In this document: positions 16,606 through 25,701 of the stretch, piece by piece
How positions within the stretch are numbered: the first letter of the stretch is position 1
How the letters are laid out: the number at the start of each line of letters is the position of its first letter
Program-made: the position numbers and the translations under genes
Notes under the pieces: generated by a model
Seen by the model: only the letters and a program-made list of their open reading frames with translations
What the model was told of the DNA's origin: nothing
Database searches by the model: none
Source: a virus
Length of the DNA: 34,507 bases
IMG/VR virus record: IMGVR_UViG_3300048599_000204
Reading direction: 5' to 3' (one strand)

Positions 16606-16621
16606 CGTTTCCCGGGAAACG
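16606..16621. promoter_or_regulatory. parS/NBS-like 16-bp palindrome CGTTTCCCGGGAAACG, copy 2
   Basis: Perfect copy in the 33-bp gap before the major tail gene, directly abutting its GGAGGA RBS. Confidence 0.6.
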
Positions 16622-16630
16622 GAGGATAGT

Positions 16631-17224
16631 ATGGCAGTTGCAGACATTCTACTGAGCCCAGCCCGCATTTTCTACGCGGCTGTTGGCACGGCATTGCCCA
16701 ACCCCAACTCGGTGGCATATGGCGCGGCCTGGACCGCGCCGTGGGCAGACCTCGGTTATACGCTCACGCCGATCACGGTGGGCTTTAACCAGGAAGTTTA
16801 CAAGTTGGAGGTCCAGCAGGTGACGTTACCCATCAAGGGGCTGATCACCATGCAGGAAGTGACGATCGAGACGACGCTGGCGGAAATCACGGCCGCCAAC
16901 CTGCTGCTTGCCTTTGGCGGCGCGGTCACGACCACGGCGGCCGGCACGTCGCAGGTAGCCTTGGAGGAGCTGAAGAGCGGCGGGTCCAGCTCGATCCCCT
17001 ACTATGCCTGGGGGCTGGAGGGTCTGTACGTCGACGCTTCCAACAACCAGCTGCCCGTACGCGTGCTCATCTATAAGGGCAGCGCCGTGCTGAATGGCAA
17101 TCTGACCTTTGCGAAGGCGGAGCCGGTGGGGATCCCGCTGCAGATCACGGCCTGGGCGGATACGACCAAGACGGCAGGTCAGCAGCTATGGACCTTCCAG
17201 AAGACGACGGCGCCGCACACCTAG
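16631..17224 (+). CDS. Major tail (tube) protein
   Basis: Position immediately upstream of the G/GT chaperone pair. 197 aa, beta-rich and Thr/Ala-rich, as is typical of siphovirus tube proteins. Confidence 0.8.
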   Translation: MAVADILLSPARIFYAAVGTALPNPNSVAYGAAWTAPWADLGYTLTPITVGFNQEVYKLEVQQVTLPIKGLITMQEVTIETTLAEITAANLLLAFGGAVTTTAAGTSQVALEELKSGGSSSIPYYAWGLEGLYVDASNNQLPVRVLIYKGSAVLNGNLTFAKAEPVGIPLQITAWADTTKTAGQQLWTFQKTTAPHT

Positions 17225-17241
17225 ACCGGTAAGGAGTGAGG

Positions 17242-17634
17242 ATGCGAGAAGTAACGATCAAGCTGGGCGGCCGTGAGTTTGTGGTGCCACAGCTAACGAT
17301 CCGCGATGAGGCCAAATGGCGCAAGCAAGCCGAAGAGGCCCTTGCGCCATTTTGGGATGCAGCGGGACTGGTGGAAATGACATTCAGCACGCCCGATGAT
17401 CTGCGCACGATGGTGAGCAAGATAGGCGCGCTTATGGATCCGTTGGCGGCGTTGGATGCGGTCTGCGCCTATGCGCCGCAGCTTACTGCCGAGCGGGAAT
17501 GGATCGAAGAGAACACTTACAGCGACGAAGTGTTTGGGGCGCTGGTGGGTCTTTTTTTCGGGCAGCTGCGGCAGCTGGAGCGGCTGCCGCAAGCACTCAA
17601 TGGCTCGCTGTCGAAACTCAGCGCGACGACCTGA
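17242..17634 (+). CDS. Tail assembly chaperone (G-like)
   Basis: ATG 17242 follows TAAGGAG. Acidic 130-aa protein located between the tube and tape measure genes. Confidence 0.85.
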   Translation: MREVTIKLGGREFVVPQLTIRDEAKWRKQAEEALAPFWDAAGLVEMTFSTPDDLRTMVSKIGALMDPLAALDAVCAYAPQLTAEREWIEENTYSDEVFGALVGLFFGQLRQLERLPQALNGSLSKLSATT

Positions 17635-17840
17635 CGGAGCTGATGTTGGCGGAGTATGGCGGGCCGGAGTGGGCGGACGAAATAGCGCAGCTGCAGCTCA
17701 CGGCGGCCTGGGTCCGGCGCAAGAAGTTCGAAGCCAAATTGATCGCCAACGAAGTGGGCGCCCTCTTTGCAGGGGGCAGCCAGGGCAGCGGCAAGGTGCC
17801 GGGGCACGAGCTGCTGAGCATGGCAGGAATAAGTCTGTGA
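17242..17840 (+). CDS. Tail assembly chaperone frameshift product (GT-like, about 199 aa) made by a -1 slip at 17553-17559
   Basis: The -1 frame is open from the slip site to the stop at 17838-17840, 7 nt before the tape measure start. Confidence 0.75.
17553..17559 (+). promoter_or_regulatory. Slippery heptamer T TTT TTC for programmed -1 frameshifting
   Basis: Zero-frame codons ctt ttt ttc lie at 17551-17559, which fits the X XXY YYZ pattern. Confidence 0.75.
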
Positions 17841-17847
17841 GGGTCGA

Positions 17848-19542
17848 ATGCCTGTAAAACTGGCGGATGCAGTTGCCTACCTGACAACCGATGACACCGA
17901 GCTCAAGAAGGGCATGAGCTCCGCTGAGAAGGAAGTCGAATCCAGCGGCAATAAATTCGGCTCGGTGCTGCAGGGCGTGGGTATCTCGCTCGGCATGGGC
18001 ATCGCGGGGATTGCGGCCGATGCAGCCAGCAAGGTTGTCGCCTTTATGGGCGACAGCATCGGCGCGGCCAGCGACCTGGGGGAGACGGTCAGCAAAACGG
18101 GCGTGGTCTTCGGCGAGAGCAGCGCCGCCGTCCTGGAGTGGTCGCAGAATGCCGCCACGGCGCTAGGGCAAAGCAAGGCCGAGGCACTGGCGGCCGCCAG
18201 CACGTTCGGCAATCTGTTCGTGTCGATGGGCATGGCCAAAGATACGTCGGCCGACATGTCCACCAACCTGGTGGGGCTGGCCAGCGACCTGGCCTCCTTT
18301 AATAACATGGACCCGGCGGAGGTGCTGGACAAGCTGAAGGCGGGGCTGCTGGGCAGTGCCGAGCCCATGCAGTCGCTGGGTGTCAACATGAACGCCGCCA
18401 TGGTCAGCCAGAAGGCCTTGGAGATGGGGCTGGCGGCCACCACGGATGCCCTGACACCTGCGATGCTGGCACAGGCCCGCTACGCCATCATCCTGGAGCA
18501 GACAGGGACGGCGCAGGGCGATTTTGCCCGCACGTCGGATGGCCTGGCCAATCAGCAGCGCATTGCCGATGCGCAATGGGCCGACCTCTCCGCCACGGTG
18601 GGCGAGGCGCTGCTGCCGGTCATGACGGCGCTGATCACCACCACCAATCAGATTGTCCAGGAAGTGCTGCCGCCGCTTACGGCCTTCGTGCGCGAGCAGG
18701 TTGTGCCGGTCATGACGACGATGGGCGAGACGATCGGCAGCGTGGTGGGCATTGCCCAGGAGTGGTTCGGCAAGCTCAAGGGCAGCGTCAACACCGACGC
18801 CATTGCGCCGCTCAACTTCTTCAAGGGCTGGCTTGACCAGAATATGCCGCGCATCCAGCAGATCGTCAATACCGTGCTCTCCGCCCTCACGGGTTTTTGG
18901 GAGGCGCACGGCGAGAAAATCATGGCGGCGCTGCAGACGCTGATGGGCTGGCTCGAGCAATTCTGGGGCGTCCAGTTTAGGACGATCCTCAACATCGTGC
19001 AGGCAGTCCTGCAGCTGTTGACCGGGGATTTCGAGGGGGCGGGTCAGACGCTCAAGATCATCCTCAACGACTGGCGCAGCTTCTTTGAGTCGATTATCAA
19101 GAGCATCGTCAACGGCGTGCGCAACTGGTTCAAGGAAGTCGACTGGGGCGGCATCGGGCGGGGCATCCTGGATGGGATTGCCAACGGCATCCGCAGCGGC
19201 GCGGGCAGGATTGCCGACGCCGCACGCGACGCGGCGCAGGACGCCTTCGAGGCCGCCAAGGATTTCCTCGGCATTCATTCGCCCAGCCAGTTAGCCGCAG
19301 ATGAGATCGGGCAGCCCTTTGCGGAAGGCATCGGCCAGGGCATCCGCAGCACGCTGGCGGACATGGCGGGCGGGGTGAATGCCGGCCTGCAGGGACTCAT
19401 GGGTGGCATCCAGCAGCCAGCTGCGGCGGCGGCCGGCGCCATCAGCATCACGATCAACGTGAGCGGTACGGACGCCAGCGGCGCAGGCCTGGCGGCGCGT
19501 GACGGCGTTTTAAGTGCATTGCGTTCGGCGGGGCTACGATGA
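17848..19542 (+). CDS. Tape measure protein (564 aa)
   Basis: Long Ala/Gly/Leu-rich helical protein directly after the chaperones. GISLGMGIAGIAADAASK... Confidence 0.9.
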   Translation: MPVKLADAVAYLTTDDTELKKGMSSAEKEVESSGNKFGSVLQGVGISLGMGIAGIAADAASKVVAFMGDSIGAASDLGETVSKTGVVFGESSAAVLEWSQNAATALGQSKAEALAAASTFGNLFVSMGMAKDTSADMSTNLVGLASDLASFNNMDPAEVLDKLKAGLLGSAEPMQSLGVNMNAAMVSQKALEMGLAATTDALTPAMLAQARYAIILEQTGTAQGDFARTSDGLANQQRIADAQWADLSATVGEALLPVMTALITTTNQIVQEVLPPLTAFVREQVVPVMTTMGETIGSVVGIAQEWFGKLKGSVNTDAIAPLNFFKGWLDQNMPRIQQIVNTVLSALTGFWEAHGEKIMAALQTLMGWLEQFWGVQFRTILNIVQAVLQLLTGDFEGAGQTLKIILNDWRSFFESIIKSIVNGVRNWFKEVDWGGIGRGILDGIANGIRSGAGRIADAARDAAQDAFEAAKDFLGIHSPSQLAADEIGQPFAEGIGQGIRSTLADMAGGVNAGLQGLMGGIQQPAAAAAGAISITINVSGTDASGAGLAARDGVLSALRSAGLR

Positions 19543-20405
19543 GCAGCTATCAGATCTATGAGTTTGACGGCGTACCGCTGCCGATTTACGACCCGGAGCA
19601 GGATCTAAGCACGGGTACAGTGGACAGCACGCTGCTGGCCAGCGTGGGCGGCACGTTCGACGTGTGGAGCAGCTACCAGCGCACGCCGCGCATGGTCAAG
19701 CATGCAGTAGGTGGCGTCTATGTGGCCGATGATGTGCTGCTGCTCCTCGTCGACCACGCAGGCAACCAGATCGTAGACCACGCAGGCAACCGCATTATGG
19801 TGGCCACGGATACACAGCACGTGCGCGGCCAGGTCGACGCGCTACGCGCCAAAGTGGGCGTGCGCGCCAGCCTGTGGCGCCGGCGCTGGGATGATACGAC
19901 GGTCTCGCAGTGGAAGACGGCCCGGCTGTTGGCCGTGCAGGAAAAGAGCGATTTGCAGCATCGCACGGTGGCGGCGCAGTGCGACTGCGTTTTTGAGTCC
20001 GCCATGGCCAATTGGCGCGATGCCACGATCGACACGATCAGCGGCACGCTGGTGTCGAGCGGGCAAGTGGGGCTGCTGCTGGGCAGTGACGGCAACGCCA
20101 CGATCGAAGACAGCACCATCAACGTCACGGCCTCGGGGACCATCTCATATTTACAGTTCACGATCGCCACGCTTGGTGTGGATCTGCGCTATGCCGGCAC
20201 CATCGGCGCCGGGTCAGTGCTCACGATCGACTGTGGGGCTCAGACGGTCACCCTAAACGGCGCAGCAGCCTATTCGGGTTTCAGCCTTGGCGGTGGCCAC
20301 TCGGCGCGCAGCTGGCTGCCGCTGCCGCCAGGGACGTGGGCCATGCTGGTAGGCAGCAATGGCGCCGGCACGGTGCAAACCAGCCATTATGATCAGTGGG
20401 TATAG
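19539..20405 (+). CDS. Distal tail protein (Dit) by position
   Basis: ATGA overlap with the tape measure stop. 288 aa. Contains a 24-bp tandem duplication at 19749..19796. Confidence 0.55.
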   Translation: MSSYQIYEFDGVPLPIYDPEQDLSTGTVDSTLLASVGGTFDVWSSYQRTPRMVKHAVGGVYVADDVLLLLVDHAGNQIVDHAGNRIMVATDTQHVRGQVDALRAKVGVRASLWRRRWDDTTVSQWKTARLLAVQEKSDLQHRTVAAQCDCVFESAMANWRDATIDTISGTLVSSGQVGLLLGSDGNATIEDSTINVTASGTISYLQFTIATLGVDLRYAGTIGAGSVLTIDCGAQTVTLNGAAAYSGFSLGGGHSARSWLPLPPGTWAMLVGSNGAGTVQTSHYDQWV

Positions 20406-20414
20406 GGGTAGCAT

Positions 20415-20738
20415 ATGACTTTCTTGGAGCAGGCGGAGTTAGCAGAGAATGGCGAGTTCCAGGCGCGCGTACGCCAGGCGGTCATCACGTCGGCAGTGGC
20501 CATCATCAACGACCGGCCAGCGAACACGCCGCAGGCGATTGCGGCCCACGCCAAGCGGGCAGAATGGGCCAAACGGGTGCTGAATGACCCCACCAGCTAC
20601 CAGCGGGCGCTCGCCATGAGTGTAACGAGCAATCCCGGACTCACCGGCGCAGAGGCCAGCGACGGCGACATCCAATATACAGTCAACACCATGATCGACT
20701 CGTGGTCAGGGGTGACACTGGATCCGATCGTCAGCTGA
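20415..20738 (+). CDS. Hypothetical protein (107 aa)
   Basis: The ATG follows AGGGG. Family not recognised. Confidence 0.6.
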   Translation: MTFLEQAELAENGEFQARVRQAVITSAVAIINDRPANTPQAIAAHAKRAEWAKRVLNDPTSYQRALAMSVTSNPGLTGAEASDGDIQYTVNTMIDSWSGVTLDPIVS

Positions 20739-20739
20739 T

Positions 20740-22920
20740 ATGTTTTACGTCGACATTGAGGACGCCAGCGGCAACAAATTAGGCACGGGGCCGATTACGT
20801 CGGCTGCGAGCTGGCGCGTAGCGCGTCCTATGGACGGCGCCGGGCAGTGGTCGTTTACGGCGCCCATGGCCGATGTCAAGACCAGCCAGGCTACACCGCG
20901 GCGCTATGCCCACATTTATGCCTACGTGGGGAGCTCCTATCAGTGGGTAGGCGGCGGCCCGATCGACGCCATCAGCACCAGCATCGGCGCCGACGGCACG
21001 GTCGAGGCGGAGGTCAGCGGCGCCGACATGCTGCGTGAGCTCGCATGGCGTTCTGTGGGGTCGCTGACCATCTCCGATGGCGCCGGCGGACCAACTACGC
21101 ATGCCGCAGCCCTGGCGGCCGTGATGGCGTTGGCGCCGTTGGGCTGGACCTGGACGCCAGATCCAGCGCCAGGCTGGGATCTGTTATATGGCCAGTTTGG
21201 CGGCGAGACGGTGCTGGCGGCGCTGGCCAGCGTGGCGGAGCGCAGCCGCTCACACTATTATTTGAGCTCGCGGCGCAGCTTAACTTTTGCTACATCCTTC
21301 GTTTCCAGCGGCGTGCGCTGCGTGGCGGCCAGCCAGGCGCTGGGCACTGGCCAGGCCGCAATCACGAGCCTGGACGCCGAGCGGTCGAGCTATGACCTGG
21401 TGTCGCGCATCATCCCAGTCGGCAGCGGGCAATCAAAGGTTGCGCTCACGCTGCGCGCTACGGGTCGTGCGGCGCCGGCCGGCTACACGTTGAGCGCAGC
21501 ATCCAACTATCTGCGCAACGATGGCGTCGAGTCATCCTATGGACGCTGCGAGCGGGTGGTGGCCTTTAAGGACATCGCACCCCTATCGTCGACCACGGCC
21601 GATGTCATCAGCGCGGCGAATATGCTTTTCGATGCTGCCAAATACTGGCTGGACCAGCACAGCGCGCCGGTCAACACCTATCGCCTAACCATCGCAGAGT
21701 GCCCGGTCCTGGTGCGGCCCCTGCAGACCGTGCGCGTCGTATGGCGTGACCCGGCGCAGGGCACCAGTATTGATGCGGATCTCTACGTGCTGGCTGTCGA
21801 GTGGCAGGGGGATGCCAGCGGTGTGCGGACGGCGGCCCTGACCGTGGCAGATACGCCATTGTGGCCGGAGAGCGATGTCAGTGCCGTAGTCGAGAGCATT
21901 ACGCAGGGCACCATCTATCAGGCGCTGCCGCAGCTCAACGCCAACGCTTATGTGATCGCCTACACCAAGAACGTCGACGATGTGGAGCAGGCCAACTTCC
22001 GCTTTCGCTTCGACGAGGACACTGTGCAGCTGGTGCGGGTGGTCTTCGACTTCCAGCTACTGCCGCTGGAGTCGACGGTCAAGAGCACGGGCGCAAGCAG
22101 CATCAGCTCGGACGCCAGTGGTGACCACTCGCACACGGTGACGATCGCCGCGCACACGCACTCCGTCACCATCAACAGCCATCAGCATGACGTGACGATC
22201 AACAGCCACACGCACACGGTCACGATCGGCGACCACACGCACAGCGTTTCCGTGCCCAGCCACACTCATGGCGTCCCGAATCATCAGCACCGCATCGGGA
22301 TCAGCCAAGGCTCAGGCGGGCGCAACGTAGGGCTGTTTACAGGCGGCGGCATGTATTACGAGGGCACCGATGTGGGCGTCGTGTCGATCTACACCACATC
22401 CGACAGCGGCAGTACCACAAGCAACAGCGGCGGCAGCTCGACGCCGACGAGCGGCAATGGCGGTGCCACTGCGCCCACGAGCAGCGCCGGCGGCAGCCAG
22501 ACGGCCACCAGCACGGCGGGCGGCAGCCAGACGGCGACAGCTGCATCAGGCGGCGGCAGCACACCTACCAGTGCCAGCGGCGGCAGCCACACGCACACGA
22601 TCACGGCGGCAATCACAACGACATACGGCATCTTCCGCGACTCTGGCGCCAATACGTTCGGCCTGACTGACCTGGAATACAGCCTCGACGGCTCGACCTG
22701 GTATGGGTTTGCCGTCGGCGTCAACGGCTTTGCCAATTTGTCAGATGGCTGGTATCGGGTGGATCTGACGGCACTGTTGCAGGATGCGACCACGCTGCGG
22801 CCGCTGGCCAACAACAACAACCTGCAGATCCGGCGCAAATCGACCGGGTCAATTAAAAAGGCGACGATCGATGCGCAGCTGGGCGTGCGCAACATCATCC
22901 AGGCGCTGGCGCTGAATTAG
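20740..22920 (+). CDS. Tail-tip / tail-associated protein (Tal-like) with HxH repeat and Gly/Ser/Thr repeat segments
   Basis: The N-terminus MFYVDIEDASGNKLGTGPI...W.F resembles siphovirus tail-component N-termini. HxH units at 22120-22290 and GGSxTxTS units at about 22399-22607. Confidence 0.65.
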   Translation: MFYVDIEDASGNKLGTGPITSAASWRVARPMDGAGQWSFTAPMADVKTSQATPRRYAHIYAYVGSSYQWVGGGPIDAISTSIGADGTVEAEVSGADMLRELAWRSVGSLTISDGAGGPTTHAAALAAVMALAPLGWTWTPDPAPGWDLLYGQFGGETVLAALASVAERSRSHYYLSSRRSLTFATSFVSSGVRCVAASQALGTGQAAITSLDAERSSYDLVSRIIPVGSGQSKVALTLRATGRAAPAGYTLSAASNYLRNDGVESSYGRCERVVAFKDIAPLSSTTADVISAANMLFDAAKYWLDQHSAPVNTYRLTIAECPVLVRPLQTVRVVWRDPAQGTSIDADLYVLAVEWQGDASGVRTAALTVADTPLWPESDVSAVVESITQGTIYQALPQLNANAYVIAYTKNVDDVEQANFRFRFDEDTVQLVRVVFDFQLLPLESTVKSTGASSISSDASGDHSHTVTIAAHTHSVTINSHQHDVTINSHTHTVTIGDHTHSVSVPSHTHGVPNHQHRIGISQGSGGRNVGLFTGGGMYYEGTDVGVVSIYTTSDSGSTTSNSGGSSTPTSGNGGATAPTSSAGGSQTATSTAGGSQTATAASGGGSTPTSASGGSHTHTITAAITTTYGIFRDSGANTFGLTDLEYSLDGSTWYGFAVGVNGFANLSDGWYRVDLTALLQDATTLRPLANNNNLQIRRKSTGSIKKATIDAQLGVRNIIQALALN

Positions 22921-22927
22921 GAGGCAT

Positions 22928-23170
22928 ATGCCAAACAAAGACAATCAAACCGCAATTCCGCTGGCACCTGAAGACGTCCGGGTAGGACAGCTGAAATATC
23001 TGGAGATCGCCCGGCTGCATGATCTGCTGCACGCGGCGGAGGCTGATTTTGGGCGGTGGGCTAACGCAACGGCGGCGCTGTATGGCGTGGGGCCCGGCTA
23101 TGTCATAGGGGATCCGGCGGCGGGCTTCGTACCTGCGGCTGGCGGAGAGGAGCATCAACATGACCGATAA
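22928..23170 (+). CDS. Hypothetical protein (80 aa)
   Basis: The ATG follows AGGAGG. It overlaps the next gene by 11 nt. Confidence 0.6.
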   Translation: MPNKDNQTAIPLAPEDVRVGQLKYLEIARLHDLLHAAEADFGRWANATAALYGVGPGYVIGDPAAGFVPAAGGEEHQHDR

Positions 23171-24056
23171 GACGATCAACACGCTCGATACTGAGCTGGT
23201 GACAGTGGGCGCCAACGATTTGATTGGCGTATGGGACGTAGCCGCAGGCCAGTACAAGAAGGCGAAGCGGAGCAACGTGGTGGGGGCTACGATCACGGGC
23301 GCGGGCACTATCGCCACCGGTGGCTTTACGTTGACCGTTGCCCAATCGGGAACCGCGGCACTCAAGAACGTATCGCAAACATTCACTGATGCGCAGGCGA
23401 TCGCACCGACGTCGACTTCAGTCAACGGGCTGGAGGTCAACATGCCTACCAGCACCTCTGGTAAGGCGCTGCAAATTAAGTACAGCGGCACCGAACGGGC
23501 ATCGTTGCAGGTGCTCGGGGGAAATGCATCGTCGTTCATCTTGAATCCCGTTGATACCGGCAACAGCTATGGCCCCTACATGGCCGTATTAGGCAACAAC
23601 AACGCCAGCACGCCATCGGCCGGGGCGCTAATTTTGCGTGATAAAGGCTCCACGGACTACTCCATTTGGCCCGATGATTCTGGGGTGTTACGCATTCACA
23701 CCACACTGCCGACAAACGCCTTGGATACTGCGGGCGTGGTCGTTGGGGCGCAGACGTCGCACGTAGATTACAAGCTCGTGCTGGGGGCACCGATTGACGA
23801 TGCTACCGCGCTGGCCCTGGTCTGTGCCGCAGCTGCGCAGGTGGCACGGTTCGTCTATCGCAACGGGGCATTCAATGGCGAGGAGTTCTCCGGCGTGGTG
23901 CTCGACGGAGCGAAGCCGCATCGCTACGGTATGGACGCAGATCCGGAGCATCCGGCAGGAAAGTCGCTCAACATAGTCAACGCCATAGGCGATCTGTTTT
24001 TGGCCGTGCGCGGGCTGGCACAGCGCGTGGAGCAGCTGGAGGCGGCGCAGAAGTAG
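23160..24056 (+). CDS. Tail fibre protein, possibly with a C-terminal intramolecular-chaperone-like domain
   Basis: N-terminus TINTLDTELVTVGANDLIGVWDVAAGQYKKAKRSNV is fibre-anchor-like. The C-terminal ~100 aa end in a coiled coil, LAVRGLAQRVEQLEAAQK. Confidence 0.65.
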   Translation: MTDKTINTLDTELVTVGANDLIGVWDVAAGQYKKAKRSNVVGATITGAGTIATGGFTLTVAQSGTAALKNVSQTFTDAQAIAPTSTSVNGLEVNMPTSTSGKALQIKYSGTERASLQVLGGNASSFILNPVDTGNSYGPYMAVLGNNNASTPSAGALILRDKGSTDYSIWPDDSGVLRIHTTLPTNALDTAGVVVGAQTSHVDYKLVLGAPIDDATALALVCAAAAQVARFVYRNGAFNGEEFSGVVLDGAKPHRYGMDADPEHPAGKSLNIVNAIGDLFLAVRGLAQRVEQLEAAQK

Positions 24057-24077
24057 GCACTGCATTTCTGGGAAACG

Positions 24078-24108
24078 AAAGGGCCGACCCTCATCAGGTC
24101 GGCCCTTT
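24078..24108. terminator. Bidirectional hairpin terminator between the convergent late (+) and early (-) blocks
   Basis: AAAGGGCCGACC ctcatca GGTCGGCCCTTT: a perfect 12-bp stem with A/T runs on both sides. Confidence 0.85.
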
Positions 24109-24115
24109 GATTGCA

Positions 24116-24355
24116 TCAATCGGTTTGCGCTTTCTGTCTTTTATACCACTCGACAAAACGCAGTCGCTCGATACCCAGCTGCGAGCACTCGACAGCATAG
24201 TCGGCATACCGCTCTACGTAGCCCATTCTCCTCACCAGCACATGCTCCAACTCGCTTAGCTCCTCTGACTTCCGCTGCAATACGGCAATCAGCAGCCTTT
24301 CCAACGACTCAACTATCGCACGATCCTTGGCAGCTTGTTCGTCGGGCACGATCAT
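24116..24355 (-). CDS. Hypothetical protein (79 aa), lower GC
   Basis: The ATG follows AAGGAGA. It is the last gene of the leftward block. Confidence 0.6.
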   Translation of the reverse strand: MIVPDEQAAKDRAIVESLERLLIAVLQRKSEELSELEHVLVRRMGYVERYADYAVECSQLGIERLRFVEWYKRQKAQTD

Positions 24356-24420
24356 GTCTCCTTATCATCGGGCTGTTTTTCATTATTGTCGGGCATGTAC
24401 AGTCCTAGTGACAATACTGA

Positions 24421-24810
24421 TTATTCTCGGGGCTGTGCGCTGTCGCTGTCATGCTGCGCAAACATCAACGACGCTACCTCCGCGGCGTAGGCCCGATCCT
24501 CGCGGCTGACGTTGCGCTCCAGCTGTGCGATGTAGTAGCGCAGGCCGGCGATCTCTTGGAGCAGCGCAGCGTTCTGCGCCCGGACGGCGTTGGCGGCTTC
24601 CTCCATCCCCAGGGCATATTGATTCGCCACTTGTGCGCGCTGAGTGGCGGCAGCGAGCTGCGTATCTCGCACATGCAGCGCATCCTGCAACTGCTGCCGG
24701 GCTTCGTTGGCGGTGGTCAGCTGCGCCTGTAATTTACGCACTAATCCTGTGGCGTATGGATCGTCAAAGGAATATTCTGCGTCGAGTTGGTATGTCCAGG
24801 TTTCACCCAT
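24421..24810 (-). CDS. Hypothetical coiled-coil protein (129 aa)
   Basis: Heptad-like Gln/Ala/Leu-rich centre. AGTGAGGA RBS. Confidence 0.6.
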   Translation of the reverse strand: MGETWTYQLDAEYSFDDPYATGLVRKLQAQLTTANEARQQLQDALHVRDTQLAAATQRAQVANQYALGMEEAANAVRAQNAALLQEIAGLRYYIAQLERNVSREDRAYAAEVASLMFAQHDSDSAQPRE

Positions 24811-24897
24811 CTGTCGTCCTCACTTATCCTTGGGCCTGTGGCGGTTATCGTCGGGGCCACCACAGGCCGAGTGACAATGCCGTTTATCTACGGGACG

Positions 24898-25335
24898 TTA
24901 GTACGGATTGTTGTCAGTGTTACCGGGTGGCAAGTTCTTAAGATGCTCGTCCAACCCCTGCACATAGGTTGACCGCGGCGCAGGCTGCTCATTCACATCC
25001 ACGCGACGCTTGCTATCCTCCGACGAATAGCCATCCGGGTAACGCTTGCGGAGTTTGTCGATGTTGCCCTGCATTACTTCGCCCATGTCCAGCCCCGCCT
25101 TTGTGCAAAGAGCCGCCGCATACCAAAGCACATCGCCTAGCTCTTTGGCGAGCTTTTCACGGTCTACGCCGTGTCGATGGAATACGCCCTTCTTGATGTG
25201 ATCTGCCACTTCTCCCGCCTCACCAGCTAGGCCGATAGCGTTCCAGACTTGCATGATCCCGTCGTCCGAGATGTCGAAATCTGGTCTATCAATCAGTGTG
25301 CGAGCCGCCAACTTCTGATATTCGCTTGCGTCCAT
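24898..25335 (-). CDS. mazG: MazG-like nucleoside triphosphate pyrophosphohydrolase
   Basis: EYQKLAARTL...GLAGEAGEVADHIKK...ELGDVLWYAAALC...NIDKLRKRY is the canonical MazG signature. Confidence 0.9.
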   Translation of the reverse strand: MDASEYQKLAARTLIDRPDFDISDDGIMQVWNAIGLAGEAGEVADHIKKGVFHRHGVDREKLAKELGDVLWYAAALCTKAGLDMGEVMQGNIDKLRKRYPDGYSSEDSKRRVDVNEQPAPRSTYVQGLDEHLKNLPPGNTDNNPY

Positions 25336-25377
25336 TGTCTCTTTCCTTTGCGGGCACCTGCCCGCAGATAACTGTCA

Positions 25378-25701
25378 CTATCGCCGGACCGGTGGGTGAC
25401 CTGCCCGGCAGTTGTGGTAATCGCCCTTGTTCGCTGCCCGTTCGTTCTGCGCAGCCGTGATGGCTCGCACATCGATGATCTCAGCGATCGCCTGCCGGTC
25501 ATGCTCGCTGACCAAACCCCAGATGGCGGCCAGGGCCCGGCCGAGCAGCTGGCAGCGCTCCTGCAGTGGCGCCACTAGTTGGGCAGCGTCGATCAGGGCC
25601 TGCGCCTCCTGCCTGGACATTCCCACGATCGCAGAGTCGTATTGCTCCGCGTTTGAGATCCCCTTGGTCACATCCTCGATCACATGTTGCAACTCGTTCA
25701 C
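25378..25701 (-). CDS. Hypothetical protein (107 aa)
   Basis: The GTG start overlaps the parB stop (GTGA) and is preceded by GGAGGAG. Confidence 0.6.
   Translation of the reverse strand: MNELQHVIEDVTKGISNAEQYDSAIVGMSRQEAQALIDAAQLVAPLQERCQLLGRALAAIWGLVSEHDRQAIAEIIDVRAITAAQNERAANKGDYHNCRAGHPPVRR

Noticed and set aside
24062-24077. Possible sixth, degenerate copy of the palindrome (gCATTTCTGGGAAACG) next to the convergent terminator
   Set aside because: Only the right half-site GGGAAACG is intact. The left half has two substitutions and is one base short, so half-site spacing is broken. I noted it but did not count it as a site.
24833-24868. 12-bp-stem hairpin after mazG, and the AGTGACA motifs at 24408 and 24870 (with a minus-strand copy at 25367), as a regulatory family
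   Set aside because: The hairpin lacks a U tract. The short motif occurs in mixed orientations. It is probably an mRNA-stabilising or processing structure, and I cannot support a specific call.
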